From Octopus bimaculoides (Eukaryota), in contig NC_068983.1 of NCBI RefSeq assembly GCF_001194135.2, forward strand, positions 88,991,464 to 89,028,642: a DNA stretch of 37,179 nucleotides. Reading direction: 5' to 3'. Shown here one piece after another: positions 23,378 to 34,606 of this stretch. The notes under the pieces were generated by a model. It was not told the origin of the DNA, did no database searches, and saw only the letters and a program-made list of their open reading frames with translations. The translations under genes were made by a program, and so were the position numbers. Positions within the stretch are counted from its first letter, which is position 1. The number at the start of each line of letters is the position of its first letter.

Positions 23378-23614
23378 CTAAAGCAAAAGAACCACAAGTA
23401 TTATAGTTGTATTAAAATATCTAGGCCAGTGCACCTAATATGCACACATTCTGAATAAATATATATATATATATATATATAAATGACAGGATATTCTGAG
23501 ACCTTTTGTGAAACTGCTACCAATTTACAGAGAATTTTTTTTAACAGCAGCAGGCTTGTGTAATAGCTAGATAATTACTATAATCACAGTAATGTAAAAT
23601 ATACATTTAGTTAC

Positions 23615-23734
23615 CAGGTTTATTAGACAAAATAGAGTGAGTTAGCATCTCAGCGATAGTCTCAGTTCTCTCTCCAGTCAACTTAGCCATCTTCTCTCGT
23701 TCTTTATTACCAGCTCCTGGCTGGGGCGTGATTC
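23615..23734 (-). CDS. FAM227B: Exon of the FAM227-like gene (120 nt, phase 1 to 1): (G)ITPQPGAGNKEREKMAKLTGERTETIAEMLTHSILSNKP
   Basis: Acceptor TATTTTCAG|, donor CTG|GTAACT, open frame. Continues KWTTG-ITPQPG, like FAM227 LW.SG-L.PQ.G. Confidence 0.8.
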
Positions 23735-25450
23735 CTGAAAATACATTTTAAAAAGAAACAAAGCTCAATACAAAAGAACCTAGCAAACGATTCTTAATTT
23801 CAGCATGATTAGAGGCACTGAAATAAGAAGATAATAAGCAGGAACTGATAACAACAGGAGTAGACAATAGCATGAATAAATAATAATAGGGGTAGTTGCC
23901 TATGGTAGAAAGGCTAGAAATATAGATACAAAACATGAAAATAAATTTTAAAAGCATAATGAAGTAAAAATGAAACTGAAAATTTCGTACTCAACTGTTT
24001 AGTAGGTAGATAAATGGAATGAAACATTTCCCTTTAGCTTTCCAAATACCCAGAAGTCTAGTATATAAGGGGCTTATCACAAGATAAATTATGATTATGC
24101 ATTGTTATATTATCCAGACAGAGAAGCTACTAACATGGAGCAGATGTCCCCAGAGAATATAGTAGAAATTTAGTAAAATCTTTAACTATGTATTTCTATC
24201 AATAACACCTGCAAAATGTGGTACAGAATTTCTAACTTGTAATAACGTGTTCCTCACGAAAACATCCAGAATATGTGGGACAAATTCATATCAATTGTAA
24301 CTATGGATTTCTATCAACACAAACCACAATAAAAGAAGTAAATGTAATTGTAAACATAAATTTTCTTTAATTTCTTTTTAATGCTTTTTTTTTTAATATT
24401 AAAAAATGGGTTGTGCTCATAATCAATGAAGGTTTCTTAAAGTGAAGTATGAGAAAGATACAATGACATTAGTATAGTTAATGTTGTTAAAATCTTAAGG
24501 TTTGTAAAGGCTGGAGAAAAAAAATTATTAAGTAAGAGAGTCCCAGGGTGATGTAACTCAAGAATAATTTGTTTTATGAAATCTTTAGTTTAGGCACCAA
24601 AGGAGGAAGACAGTGGCAAATGAACTGAAGCAAATTTTAATGAAATGACTTCTATCACTTTCCAAGAATGAAATAGAGAGGTATCATGATGATAACGGAG
24701 TAAATATTAATATGTTATTCCTAAGTATTTGATTAGTGACCTCTCTTTCATAGGTAGAATCTTTACAGCCCTGGAAAGAATGCTTTGCAGTATTTGTTTC
24801 ACTTCTTGACACTATGTTCAAATCCTACAAAGTTCAATTTTGCGTCTAATTTTACCAAGATTAGCAAATAAATTATCAATTCAAGGTGGTAACACAGCAA
24901 AATTACTAGAGTATGAGACAAGATGCTTTGCAGTATCAATTCCCTCTCTTTGTGCTTTGACTGTGAAACTAGCAACAATATTGGTGCCAAGCCATATCAG
25001 CCTTACATTTCTTTTATATAAAATTGGTGGTATGAAGAGAGGAGGCTTTCATGCATGAGTTAATTGCTAGTCTTCCATAAAACACATTGCTCAAGCATAC
25101 ATCTTCGAGAGGAGCTTTCCACATGTAGATTAATAATCTCATGAAATGTGCAAAAAACTCAGATATATATCACTTTCAGAAGCAAAATAACTTTATAGGT
25201 AAAGCATTGGACTACCAGTTAACAGCTTTAGAATTCAAGTGCAAAGATAGTAAACATGTTTGGATAGTAAATGTAATTTTACACTCCTCTATCCCCTACC
25301 AGTAGCGAAATCACCTAAGAATGTTTCTGGAATATCTCCTTGCCTTTCTACATTCTTTGCCATGAGTTTGTTAAAACAAGTCTAACCAGAGATGTTATTC
25401 AGTAACAAAAAAAAAAAAGACAATAAAAGTAGTTACAAATGATTACTTAC

Positions 25451-25577
25451 CAGTGGTCCATTTAGTAATATAAGAAAATATATACTGTTTAAAGTTGTCA
25501 TCGAAATACTGGTGGTGTGTCCGTAAGCCATCAAAAAAGGCCACATAAGTAGCTTGAGAGAGGGCTTTGGGAATTTT
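25451..25577 (-). CDS. FAM227B: FAM227-family (FWWh domain C-terminal part) exon (127 nt, phase 0 to 1): KIPKALSQATYVAFFDGLRTHHQYFDDNFKQYIFSYITKWTT
   Basis: Acceptor CATTGCAG|, donor CTG|GTAAGT. The pattern P..LSQA.Y.AF......F.D.FK..I...I..W.TG matches recalled FAM227A/B sequence (P.CLAQAIY..F...F......F.DEFK......I.LW.SG). Confidence 0.85.
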
Positions 25578-25620
25578 CTGCAATGTATATCAAGGAATTA
25601 AAGTCAAGTGGAAACTTAAC

Positions 25621-25815
25621 ATTCATCATCATCATTTAATATCTGTTTTCCATGCTGGCATGGGTTGGACGGTTTTGACAGGAGCTGTCAAGCTGGAGAG
25701 CTACAGCAGGCTCCATTATCTGTTTTGGCATGGTTTCTATGGCTGGATACCCTTCCAAGCACCAACCACTTTACAGAGTGTACTGGGTGCTTTTTATGTG
25801 GCACCAGTACCAGCA
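25621..25815 (-). mobile_element. RTE-type 3' tail fragment
   Basis: CATCATCATCATTTAATATCTGTTTTCCATGCTGGCATGGGTTGGACG..GGGTGCTTTTTATGTGGCACC matches 7223-7420. Confidence 0.85.
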
Positions 25816-25931
25816 CTTAATATTAATCTATAAAGAAAATAAAAGTTAAAATATAGAAAGAGACACATGCAGACACATACATACATACACATGTATCAGT
25901 GTGTGTGTGTATATATATGTATGTATGTGTA

Positions 25932-26026
25932 NNNNNNNNNNNNNNNNNNNNNNNNNNNNNNNNNNNNNNNNNNNNNNNNNNNNNNNNNNNNNNNNNNNNN
26001 NNNNNNNNNNNNNNNNNNNNNNNNNN
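25932..26026. other. Assembly gap (95 N) within TA/CA-type microsatellite
   Basis: Run of N flanked by simple repeats. Confidence 1.
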
Positions 26027-26058
<32 letters not shown>

Positions 26059-26063
26059 ATCCA

Positions 26064-26254
26064 AAATATATAGTATTATATATCCATCACAGCTGACCTT
26101 ACCAATCAGTTTCATGCAAGGAAACCAATGGATTATATAACCTTAGGCTCATCAGAGCATAAGATTATATAATAATACTTAATGCTCCATTGGTTTCCTT
26201 GCGTGAAACCAATTAGTAAGATCAGCTATGATAGATATATAATACTATATATTT
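26064..26254. repeat. Imperfect inverted repeat, MITE-like (~69 bp arms)
   Basis: Arms 26064-26132 and 26186-26254 share GCAAGGAAACCAATGGA and its reverse complement. Confidence 0.8.
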
Positions 26255-27134
26255 CAGATAATATACCCACTCTAGTGACAGATGTACGAGTGTATCTTTT
26301 CCTTGACTTATGGTCTCTTAGATGACACACACACACATATATAAGTTGTGTACCTGCTATTAATAAAAGGAAATTAAACAATTTTAGAAATTATGTAAGT
26401 GATTCTAATAATACTAGTAATTTTGTTTGTTAAAAACACATTTCAATCTAACATGAATTATATCACCGATTCTGTATCTCTTCCCAATAATAACTTTAAT
26501 AATAGTTCAACCAATAATTCTTCACTATTATATTGGAACCACAGCATCAAAATTCAAGTTGAGATGGGGCAGCCACTTACATTCCTTTAATAACAGGCAC
26601 AGATCATATATTTTATTAGCAAAGTTTATTTGGGATTTGAAGGATAGAAATATTCATTACTCTATTTTCTAGACAATTATAAGGACTGAACTTCCATATA
26701 AAGGAGGGTGAGCAGTTGTAAATTACGTTGCATGTGGCACTTGAAATTCTAAGATGTAAATCTGAATTAATTAACAAATGTAATGCGTTGTTAATACATT
26801 GGCCACACCAGATTAATAAAACCTTTCTCAGGATTCCATTTAACTAACCTATGTATTGTATTATACTATAAAACTTCATATAAATTTCTGTTGATTACAC
26901 TTCATTTCTCATTGTTATTATCATCCTTCTTTGATTTTTTTCCATACTTATTGTTCAACAGCAATTTTATCTTTTGTAATTCTCCAGAACTTTAATTTTA
27001 CATTTATTTTCTCGTTCCCAATTATCTTATCACTTCCCACTATAATTTTTCATTTTCCTGTATAACTATTTACTAGTTCCATTTAATACAGTGATAATTT
27101 TTTTTATCATTAATCATTTGTCTTTTACTTCTTT

Positions 27135-27455
27135 CAATCATTGGACAGAGATATGCTTGGACAATGCATTGAACAAATCAACCGTCTGTTTATTTTTTAT
27201 GACTTATCCTATCAGTCTCTTTTACTGAACTGCTAAGTCACAGGGATGTAAATAAACTAACACTGGTTATCAAATGGCGTGAGGGACAAACACAAACACA
27301 CCTTCACATACATACATACATACATATATATGATAGGCATCCACACAGTTTCCATCAACCAAATTCACTCACAAAGCATTGGTTGGTCTGGGGCTATTAC
27401 TGAAGAAACTTGTCCAAGATGCTGCACAGTGGAATTGAACCTGAAACAGCTGTGC
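27135..27455 (-). mobile_element. SINE, same family as 7732-8062
   Basis: Minus strand CAGGTTCAATTCCACTGTGCAGCATCTTGGACAAG..GCTTTGTGAGTGAATTTGGTTGATGGAAACTG, internal (TATG)n, then GACTTAGCAGTTCAGTAAAAGAGACTGATAG. Confidence 0.8.
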
Positions 27456-27499
27456 CTGTACCTAATATTTATATATCTCTTAAAGTATTGAGTTGGAAG

Positions 27500-27665
27500 A
27501 ATCATTAACACTGGACAAAATGCTTAGCAACATTTCATTCATCTTTACATTCTGAGTTCAAATTCCACTAAGGTTGACTTTGTTATTCATCCTCTCAGGG
27601 TTAATGTAACTGACTTAGCCCCCTCCATTCAAAATTTCAGGCCTTGTGCCTATAGTAGAAAAGAA
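27500..27665 (+). mobile_element. Nin-type SINE fragment
   Basis: GAGTTCAAATTCCACTAAGGTTGACTTTGTTATTCATCCTCTCAGGG matches the fuller copy at 34655-34878; internal deletion. Confidence 0.65.
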
Positions 27666-27981
27666 TGTTTATATATCTTAATTTTTTTTATATTATGTTA
27701 TATTGTATTATTGTATTATATATATTTCACTATGATTTGACTTACTATTTCTACTCTAACACAAAAGTTATCAACCCCTTTAATTCTATGTCTTGATATA
27801 TTTCTATCTTTCCATGCTTCATGATCCTCTTCTTGTATTTTTTTTATCCCCCTTTCTCACTCCTAATTTTCTTACTATTTTTTCTTATCATTCTAGTTTC
27901 TTTGATGTTACTCCTGATGTTACTTTACAAAATTACTGATCCTCTGTAGGTGTCATCAAGTTTGCTACTACCTTGGGTTAA

Positions 27982-28022
27982 ATACTGTCCTTGATCAATT
28001 ATTGATTGATCAAGGACAGTAT
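27982..28022. repeat. Perfect 18 bp stem / 5 nt loop palindrome
   Basis: ATACTGTCCTTGATCAAT-TATTG-ATTGATCAAGGACAGTAT. Confidence 0.95.
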
Positions 28023-28254
28023 ATATGCTATAACATTGTAAGCCATTCCCATGTATAGTATTTATAAGGGTATTCGTTCTATTGGAAGTGTATTACATCA
28101 TTTCCAACATCATGGTGAGATGACAATTGGATGTCATTTAATACTGATTCCAGCTTTATATTTACTTAAGTAACCTATCCGTTATTGAAATAGGCGTAAC
28201 TGGATAATAAATGCAATACCAATATCTTCATTTTTTTAATTTATTTTATATATA

Positions 28255-29610
28255 GGAGCACATGGTGGAGACGTAAACGAACCTCCTCCCCACCTTTAGA
28301 AAGACATTTTTTTTATAGAATCCCACATTTTTGGCTATGGAGATTACAATTCTGAAAGAAAAATTTTTCACTTTTTCTGGAAATTTTTTTTTTTTTTTGC
28401 AAAATACATAGAAAAATATGGAGATTATGATTCTGAAAACAATTGTTTGTAAAATTTCAATTTAAAAAAAAAAATGCCCCAACCTCTCCCCTTCCCTCCC
28501 GATTCTGAGGCCTTGGCCTTCAAGCAGGCTATCCACATGCTAGAAATAACAGCCAAATCTTACAAAACTGCGATAATATAAGGAAAGAAATATGTAATCA
28601 GTCTACTCACTTTTCTGAAAAGATTTCTTTCAGAGAAATTTCCCACAGTAATATGACAAAGTGAAATAAAAGAGTTCATTTTTTTTTTTTTCTACAACTG
28701 AAACCTCCACCATGTGTGCCAGTGAAATTTATGGGGGATAAACTTCAGCAATGTGTTTGAGAAATTTTTCTTTGCTGTAAATCCATACATTTCTTGATAC
28801 ATAGATTTGTCGATGTGAGACCATTTCATATCGCCTGATGATCCAGTGACATACTTCAACCATCTTTTGATTCAGGACCGATAGGCCTCAATGTGGTTTG
28901 TGCAAGCACTGGTTTCAGGGTCAACAAAGTTCTGTGAATGGTTTACCGTTTGGTGAATATAGCCAAGTTGCTGTAAATTTCTATAGCTGGCCCATTTATC
29001 AGTATGAATTGCAGTACCGGGCAATACATTTCTTATTATCACAGTTTCCAGTGTTGCTGTACATGCTGTAAAAATCCTTTCTTCACAGTGGTGTCATAAT
29101 GCCCAACAACCCATGTTTGATGGCCTAGTCTCACAACGTTGTCATATCCTCCCTCTTTTTGTCATATTACTTATGAGAAATTTCTCTGAAAGAAATCTTT
29201 GCAGAAAGGTGAGTAGATTGATTACATATTTCTTTCATGATATTATTGCACTTTTGTGAGATTTGGCTGTTATTTCTAGCATGTGGATAGTCTGCTTGAA
29301 GGCCAAGGCCATAGAATTGGGAGGGAAGGGGAAGGGTTAGGTTTTTTTTTTTTTTTTTGTAAAATTGAAATTTTACAAACAATTTTATTTCAGAATCATA
29401 ATCACTGTATTTTTCTGCATATTTCACAAAAAAAAATTTCCGGAAATAGTGAAAAATGAAGAAGGGGTGAGGGAATGAAATTTTGATGTTGCAATTTTTG
29501 AAAATTTTTTTTCAGAATTGGAATCTTCATAGCTGAAAACATGGGATTCCGTAAAAACTTTTTTTTCTAAAGAGGTGGAAGGGTTCATTTACATCTCTGC
29601 CAAGTGCGCC
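28255..29610 (-). mobile_element. Merlin (IS1595-like DDE) transposon derivative with ~400-450 bp inverted arms
   Basis: Arms 28255-28660 and 29157-29610 begin GG(A/C)GCAC. The minus-strand core ~29110-28727 reads WVVGHYDT..KKGFLQHV..LPGTAIHTDKWASYRNLQQLGYIHQTVNHSQNFVDPETSACTNHIEAYRS*IK, the IS1595/ISXO2 motif set. No 8-9 bp TSD found. Confidence 0.85.
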
Positions 29611-29617
29611 AATAAAT

Positions 29618-29712
29618 GCTACTAATAGTTTCTTGCTGTGAAAGCATGTGTCTCGGCAGATTTTAATAATTTGCCTAGACATGTGTCTTTGCAGCAAGAC
29701 ACTATTAGTAGC
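29618..29712. repeat. Imperfect hairpin (~41 bp arms)
   Basis: GCTACTAATAGT.TCTTGCTG... pairs with ...CAGCAAGA.ACTATTAGTAGC. Confidence 0.8.
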
Positions 29713-30103
29713 TCTAGTCTCTATACTGTGTGCATTAGATGTATTTATCTCTCACTAGATGGAATACTTTCTTTATTGGTCTTACATTGACAGAGCAGTA
29801 AACTACATATATAAATTCATATGCATATATATATATAAATACACATACATGCACACATGTATATATACATTTACATATATATATATATACACACACACAC
29901 GTAATATGTATGTTAAGTCTTATAATATACTCCGGTTAGCTTATGATAATTTAGAACTTTTGGTAAATCTCATATTAAATCTCCTTAACTGTTTTTGCAC
30001 AGTGTTCTATGATATATAAAAAAAGAATGACGGATTTTATGAATTGGCTTCATTGTGTTATTTCTGATGTATAATTATGCTTATTTCTCAATTAGTCTTA
30101 TTA

Positions 30104-30300
30104 TCTTAATATATAAAGCTGAAGTTGTGTGTCTGTGTGAGGTCTTTTTAAAAGTGTATAGAAATCCGCATTTTCCACTTTTTGTAAAATTTTTTACATC
30201 AATGGAATTTTCTTGATGTGAACTTTCCAATGCAGTAATTAGATTTTAAAAATTCCGTTTACTTTGTGTGATTTTAGGGAGATTTGGTTGTCGTTTCTAG
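30104..30300 (+). mobile_element. Helitron-like 5' terminus (extent uncertain)
   Basis: A|TCTTAATATATAAAGCTGAAGTTGTGTGTCTG resembles known non-autonomous Helitron 5' ends; 3' end not identified. Confidence 0.4.
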
Positions 30301-31094
30301 CAACTTTTATATTTCTTCCCTTCTACCTGGAACGGCGTTCTTACACACGCGCACAACATAAAAATATAGAGAGTAAGGGTAAAAGAGGGAAAGAGAGAGA
30401 GAGAGAGAGAGAGAAAGTGATACATACAAAGTCATAGATTAAACTTTCCTCGCAGTATTCTTTACCTAATTTTCATAACATTGTTACGTAAAAACACATA
30501 CAACCACACATACGTGGTCTGTGACAACAACATACACATTGATCTCGTTCTCTATTCATTTCTCCCCCTCTTCCTCTCTCGCTCTCTCAAACGCATACAA
30601 GTGCAAGTAAACACAATCATTCACAAAAATATAACTCATGTTCGTCAATGTGGCATAGCTACTTTGGTAAAATGAATATCTTTTAATGAAATTTTCTATG
30701 CATATATTATTTATTATGTAGATTCCGAATATACAAAAATTTTCGGTGAAAGTGTTTTGGGAGGGGGGTGGGGGACAATTTTCGGAAATTCCACTTAAAT
30801 TCCTCTTAACTACTGATCTCAGATTATGACATTACACACACAGTTACCACCACACGCACACATGCTACCATGCACACATACACACACTACCATACACACA
30901 CACTATCACACATATGCCACCACACATGCTTGTGCACACACACGCACATACATACAGAAACCATCCATTCTTCACACTCTCCTCTCCCAGAAAGCACTTT
31001 CCCCTTGTCCTAATTCCAATCATTTCAAAAATGTAACTACACGTGGACTGTTGGAGATTTTTTTCCTCCTTCTTTTTCCTTTGGACTTTCCTAT

Positions 31095-31398
31095 GTTACC
31101 TGTTTCCAAAGAAGAGCTATGTTTGAAACGTAAAACAACCACTCTTTTCCTTCTCCAAGCATCTTATTAATACTTTACATATGTTACATCCTTGCAATGT
31201 TGTTTTTTTCTAGTTGTCTTTTTCTCCATTTAATTATGTGTATTCCATGTTTTTCTCCTTGTCTCCGTATTCTTTCTGTTGAAGAGCGTAGCTCGAAACA
31301 TCAAAGACTTTCTGTATTCCCGAGCGTCATACTAATACATCCTTTTGTTATTTACACCACCTGTCCTCGTCTGTTGTTGTTTTTTCGTACATTCTCCC

Positions 31399-31400
<2 letters not shown>
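31095..31400 (+). mobile_element. Penelope-like pseudo-LTR remnant with two hammerhead-core-like motifs
   Basis: GAAGAGCTATGTTTGAAAC (31111-31129) and TTGAAGAGCGTAGCTCGAAAC (31279-31299) resemble the CTGANGA-stemII-GAAAC core. Confidence 0.4.
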
Positions 31401-31430
<30 letters not shown>

Positions 31431-31711
31431 GCACACACATAATATATACATATATATACATTTACACACACGTATATTTACATACGTACACATAATATAC
31501 ACACACATATATGTATATATGTGTATAAAGTATTAAATGAGGCGGTGTTAGAGATGAATATATCTATTTTTCCATATGACTTCTATATAGTAACAGCTCT
31601 TTCATAACATTCATCATATAGTATTGTTAATTTCAGTATGTAAAATTATATGTACATTGGAACATCATCGTTACATCCATAACACTGCGTAACATTTTTT
31701 TTTTTTTTTTT

Positions 31712-32150
31712 GCTTTTGGTCAGTAAGTGTTATTTCCTATTTGCTTCTATCTAGAAATCAAAGGAAATGACTACCATTCACTTCAAACTTTGCTTTTGTG
31801 AGCTGGACATCAACGTTTTGAAACTGACCTATTTTCCTTTACATTTGAGACAGTTTCGGCGATGAGTTACTGATGCAGAAATATTGATATAGCAAATATT
31901 CTGCTCAATATCACAGATTTGCTTGTCAGTTGCCTGACCTTAACCACTTGAGCACATCCCTTAGTGGCTGACACTATGTGTATCTCTGATCATGAGCAGA
32001 GGTAGTGGGGGAGCATCATAGCTATGTGATGAGAGGGATTCTTTGGGGTTTGAATAAATGTAACAAAAGCAAAGTTTGAAGGAAATATTAGTCATTTTTC
32101 ATACTTTCAAGGGGTAAGCAAATAGGAAATAACAATTGCTATCCAAGGAC
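31712..32150. mobile_element. MITE-like element with ~80 bp imperfect TIRs
   Basis: TGTTATTTCCTATTTGCT (31728) pairs with AGCAAATAGGAAATAACA (32117), and CTTCAAACTTTGCTTTTGT (31781) with ACAAAAGCAAAGTTTGAAG (32063). Outer ends approximate. Confidence 0.7.
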
Positions 32151-32290
32151 AAAAATCATGTTACACAGTATAATTCAAGTTAATGTGAATGTCACTTGAT
32201 TCTCTGAATTCAAATTTTCTTCTACTCTGTAAATACTACATTCATCATTGCTTCCTCCTTCTTTGTTATCTAATTAAATTAAAGGCATAC

Positions 32291-32338
32291 CAGCGAAAAC
32301 AACGAGTTTCCCATTGTTATTATATCCATTTTCTTCTC
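32291..32338 (-). CDS. Candidate exon (48 nt, phase 1 to 1): (G)EENGYNNNGKLVVFA(G)
   Basis: Donor CTG|GTATGC and open frame. The F.G ending resembles FAM227 F.G|F. Acceptor context is poor (TA-rich, next to a mariner MITE). Confidence 0.3.
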
Positions 32339-32355
32339 CTATATATCTATATATA

Positions 32356-32583
32356 TTGGGTTGTCCGGAAAGTTCGTGCCAATTTTTAAAGGAAAGAAAA
32401 AGGTCAATAAATACTTGCCATTACATTTTTAATCAACCAAATATGAACCATTTTGTTGCACAATGCATCTCCATCTTTCCTTTAACTTGAAAATACCCTC
32501 TTCCCAGAATTGAGGTGGTTTCATGGCAAATAAGTCAAAAAGTAAGCTACTATAAATCGGCACAAACTTTCTGGACAACCCAA
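32356..32583 (-). mobile_element. Internally deleted mariner (228 bp)
   Basis: TA-flanked TIRs TTGGGTTGTCCGGAAAGTTCGTGCC / GGCACAAACTTTCTGGACAACCCAA. Retains the transposase C-terminus KPPQFWEEGIFKLKERWRCIVQQNGSYLVD*. Confidence 0.9.
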
Positions 32584-33058
32584 TATATATAAGTAATGCA
32601 AATAATCAGAAAATGGAGAAAACCTCAGAACAACAAACACATCAATTGGACCACATTTATGGCTTATTTTTTAATACAAAGCATGACATAGCAAAATAGG
32701 TAGCGTAACATATCTTACATGCATATTTTATCCCTTAGTCGGTTATTATGACCGCTAACTCTGTTTACACTTATAATATAATATATGTATGTACGTATAT
32801 GGTCAGGGGATTCTTGAATGCCACTGGTAGCATGTAACCAACTGCAACCTGTTGCATGATCCAGCCAATGGTGACTAAATTAGCAACATCACCAAGCCTG
32901 CTTGATGTATAGGACGATGTTTGAACACCTTGTGGGATGAAAAACAAGACCCTCAACAGAGCCAATGCCCATCCAATTATGTGATATATATGCCTATATT
33001 TTTATATTTCTATGGATATCTGTATACATGTCTCTATGTGTATTTATATATCCATGTA

Positions 33059-33891
33059 CAAGGGGGTACCCAAAAGTAACCAGAAACGTTCTCTGTAGGA
33101 CGAGCCCCTTGTAGTTCAGGCTTCTGCCACTCAGGCATCAGTCTGCCAACCAGCAGCATTGAGTGATGTCGTACTGCCACATGGTGTATCTTTGTTTTGC
33201 AATGCTTCTCCCCTTTTTGTGATGGCTGAAACAAAGGAACAGCATGCTTCCATGAAATTCTATTTTTTGTTGGGAAAAATGGTGGCTGAAACAGTTGTCA
33301 TGTTTCAAACAGCTTTCAAGGATGCTGCCATGTGCAAAACACAAGTTTACAAGTGGTTTCCATGCTTTAGGAATGGTCACTTGTTGCTTGGAGACCAACC
33401 ACATTCAATACAACTGTCGACCTCCCAAACGAATGAAAACATCCTGAAAATTCATGAAGGAGAACTGTCACTGAACAATTGATGAACTTTTTGATATGAC
33501 TGGTGTGTCCTGGAGTTCCTGCCAATGGATTTTGAGCAAGGAATTGCGAATGAAAAGAGTTGCACCAAAATTTGTATCTCTCTTGCTCATGGAAGATCAA
33601 AAGCATGTCGAGAACTGAATGCATGTCATGAACTGAAAGAACAGTTGGAAGTTGATCAAGACCTTTTTTTGAAGGTCATCACTGGTGATGAAAGTTGGTG
33701 CTACAGAATTTGCAGATGTGAAGAAAAAAAGGCATCACTTCACAAGAGTTCCAGCACTGTTTTGAATAGTGGAAAATACACCTGGACTGATGTATTGCTT
33801 CAAACGGAGAAGGCAATAAAAATGTAAACATGTAAAACTAAGTGAATAAAATAATATTGCAAAATTCTGGTTTCTTTTGTCTACCCCCTAA
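33059..33891 (+). mobile_element. Internally deleted mariner (irritans-like)
   Basis: TIRs GGGGTACCCAAAAGTAACCAGAA / TTCTGGTTTCTTTTGTCTACCCC, TA-flanked. MAETKEQHASMKFYFLLGK..AETV.MFQTAF, VITGDESWCY, then a jump to the C-terminus QEFQHCFE.W..CIASNG. Confidence 0.9.
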
Positions 33892-34509
33892 TATGTGTAT
33901 ATATTTCTGCATATATCAACGGGTGTTTATGTCTGTGTGTATATATATATATGAACTCCTGTATGATCATTTATATATCTTTTGGGCTCATTTTTGTATA
34001 CAGTATCTATACAGTTATATTTGACTATGTGTATGTGTATACATATATATATATATACATATACATAAATACATACATACATATACATACATACATACAT
34101 GCATATATATAATATAATAAATGTGAAAACAAATTTCTGTGTGTCAGTGTGTCACACTTTGATCCCCTTTCTCACTATTCAATGACAGTTTTACTATTTG
34201 TCATGCTGGGGTGAGAGTAATAGTAGGTCTAGAGACAGAGAGGGCAGTAGCAAAGACAGAGAGAGAGAGAGAAGAGCTGATGTTTTATTCAAAGTAATAG
34301 TACTGATGGTGGTAGTGGGAGTAATAATAAGAGAAAGAGAGAAAGAGTGGATGTGTGAGAGAAAGAGGGAGATGACGTACAACTATGTTTAACCATGCCT
34401 CTTTGACTGAAATTCCTGTGGCCAACATACTGAACACCGAATTCTTTTACACACACATTTAGCCTTTTGCTTTTATAATTATCGTTTTATTTTTTGCTTT
34501 CTTTAATAC

Positions 34510-34540
<31 letters not shown>

Positions 34541-34606
34541 TACACACACACACACATATATAAAATACACTTTAATTGAAATAAAGTTTCCCCAAAATTA
34601 AACATA

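Noticed and set aside
24740-25080. Protein-like open frames on both strands
   Set aside because: No recognisable motif and no in-phase splice pair compatible with the gene.
25289-25370. Open minus-strand segment TCFNKLMAKNVERQGDIPETFLGDFAT bounded by AG/GT
   Set aside because: Starts in phase 0 whereas the preceding exon ends in phase 1; no homology.
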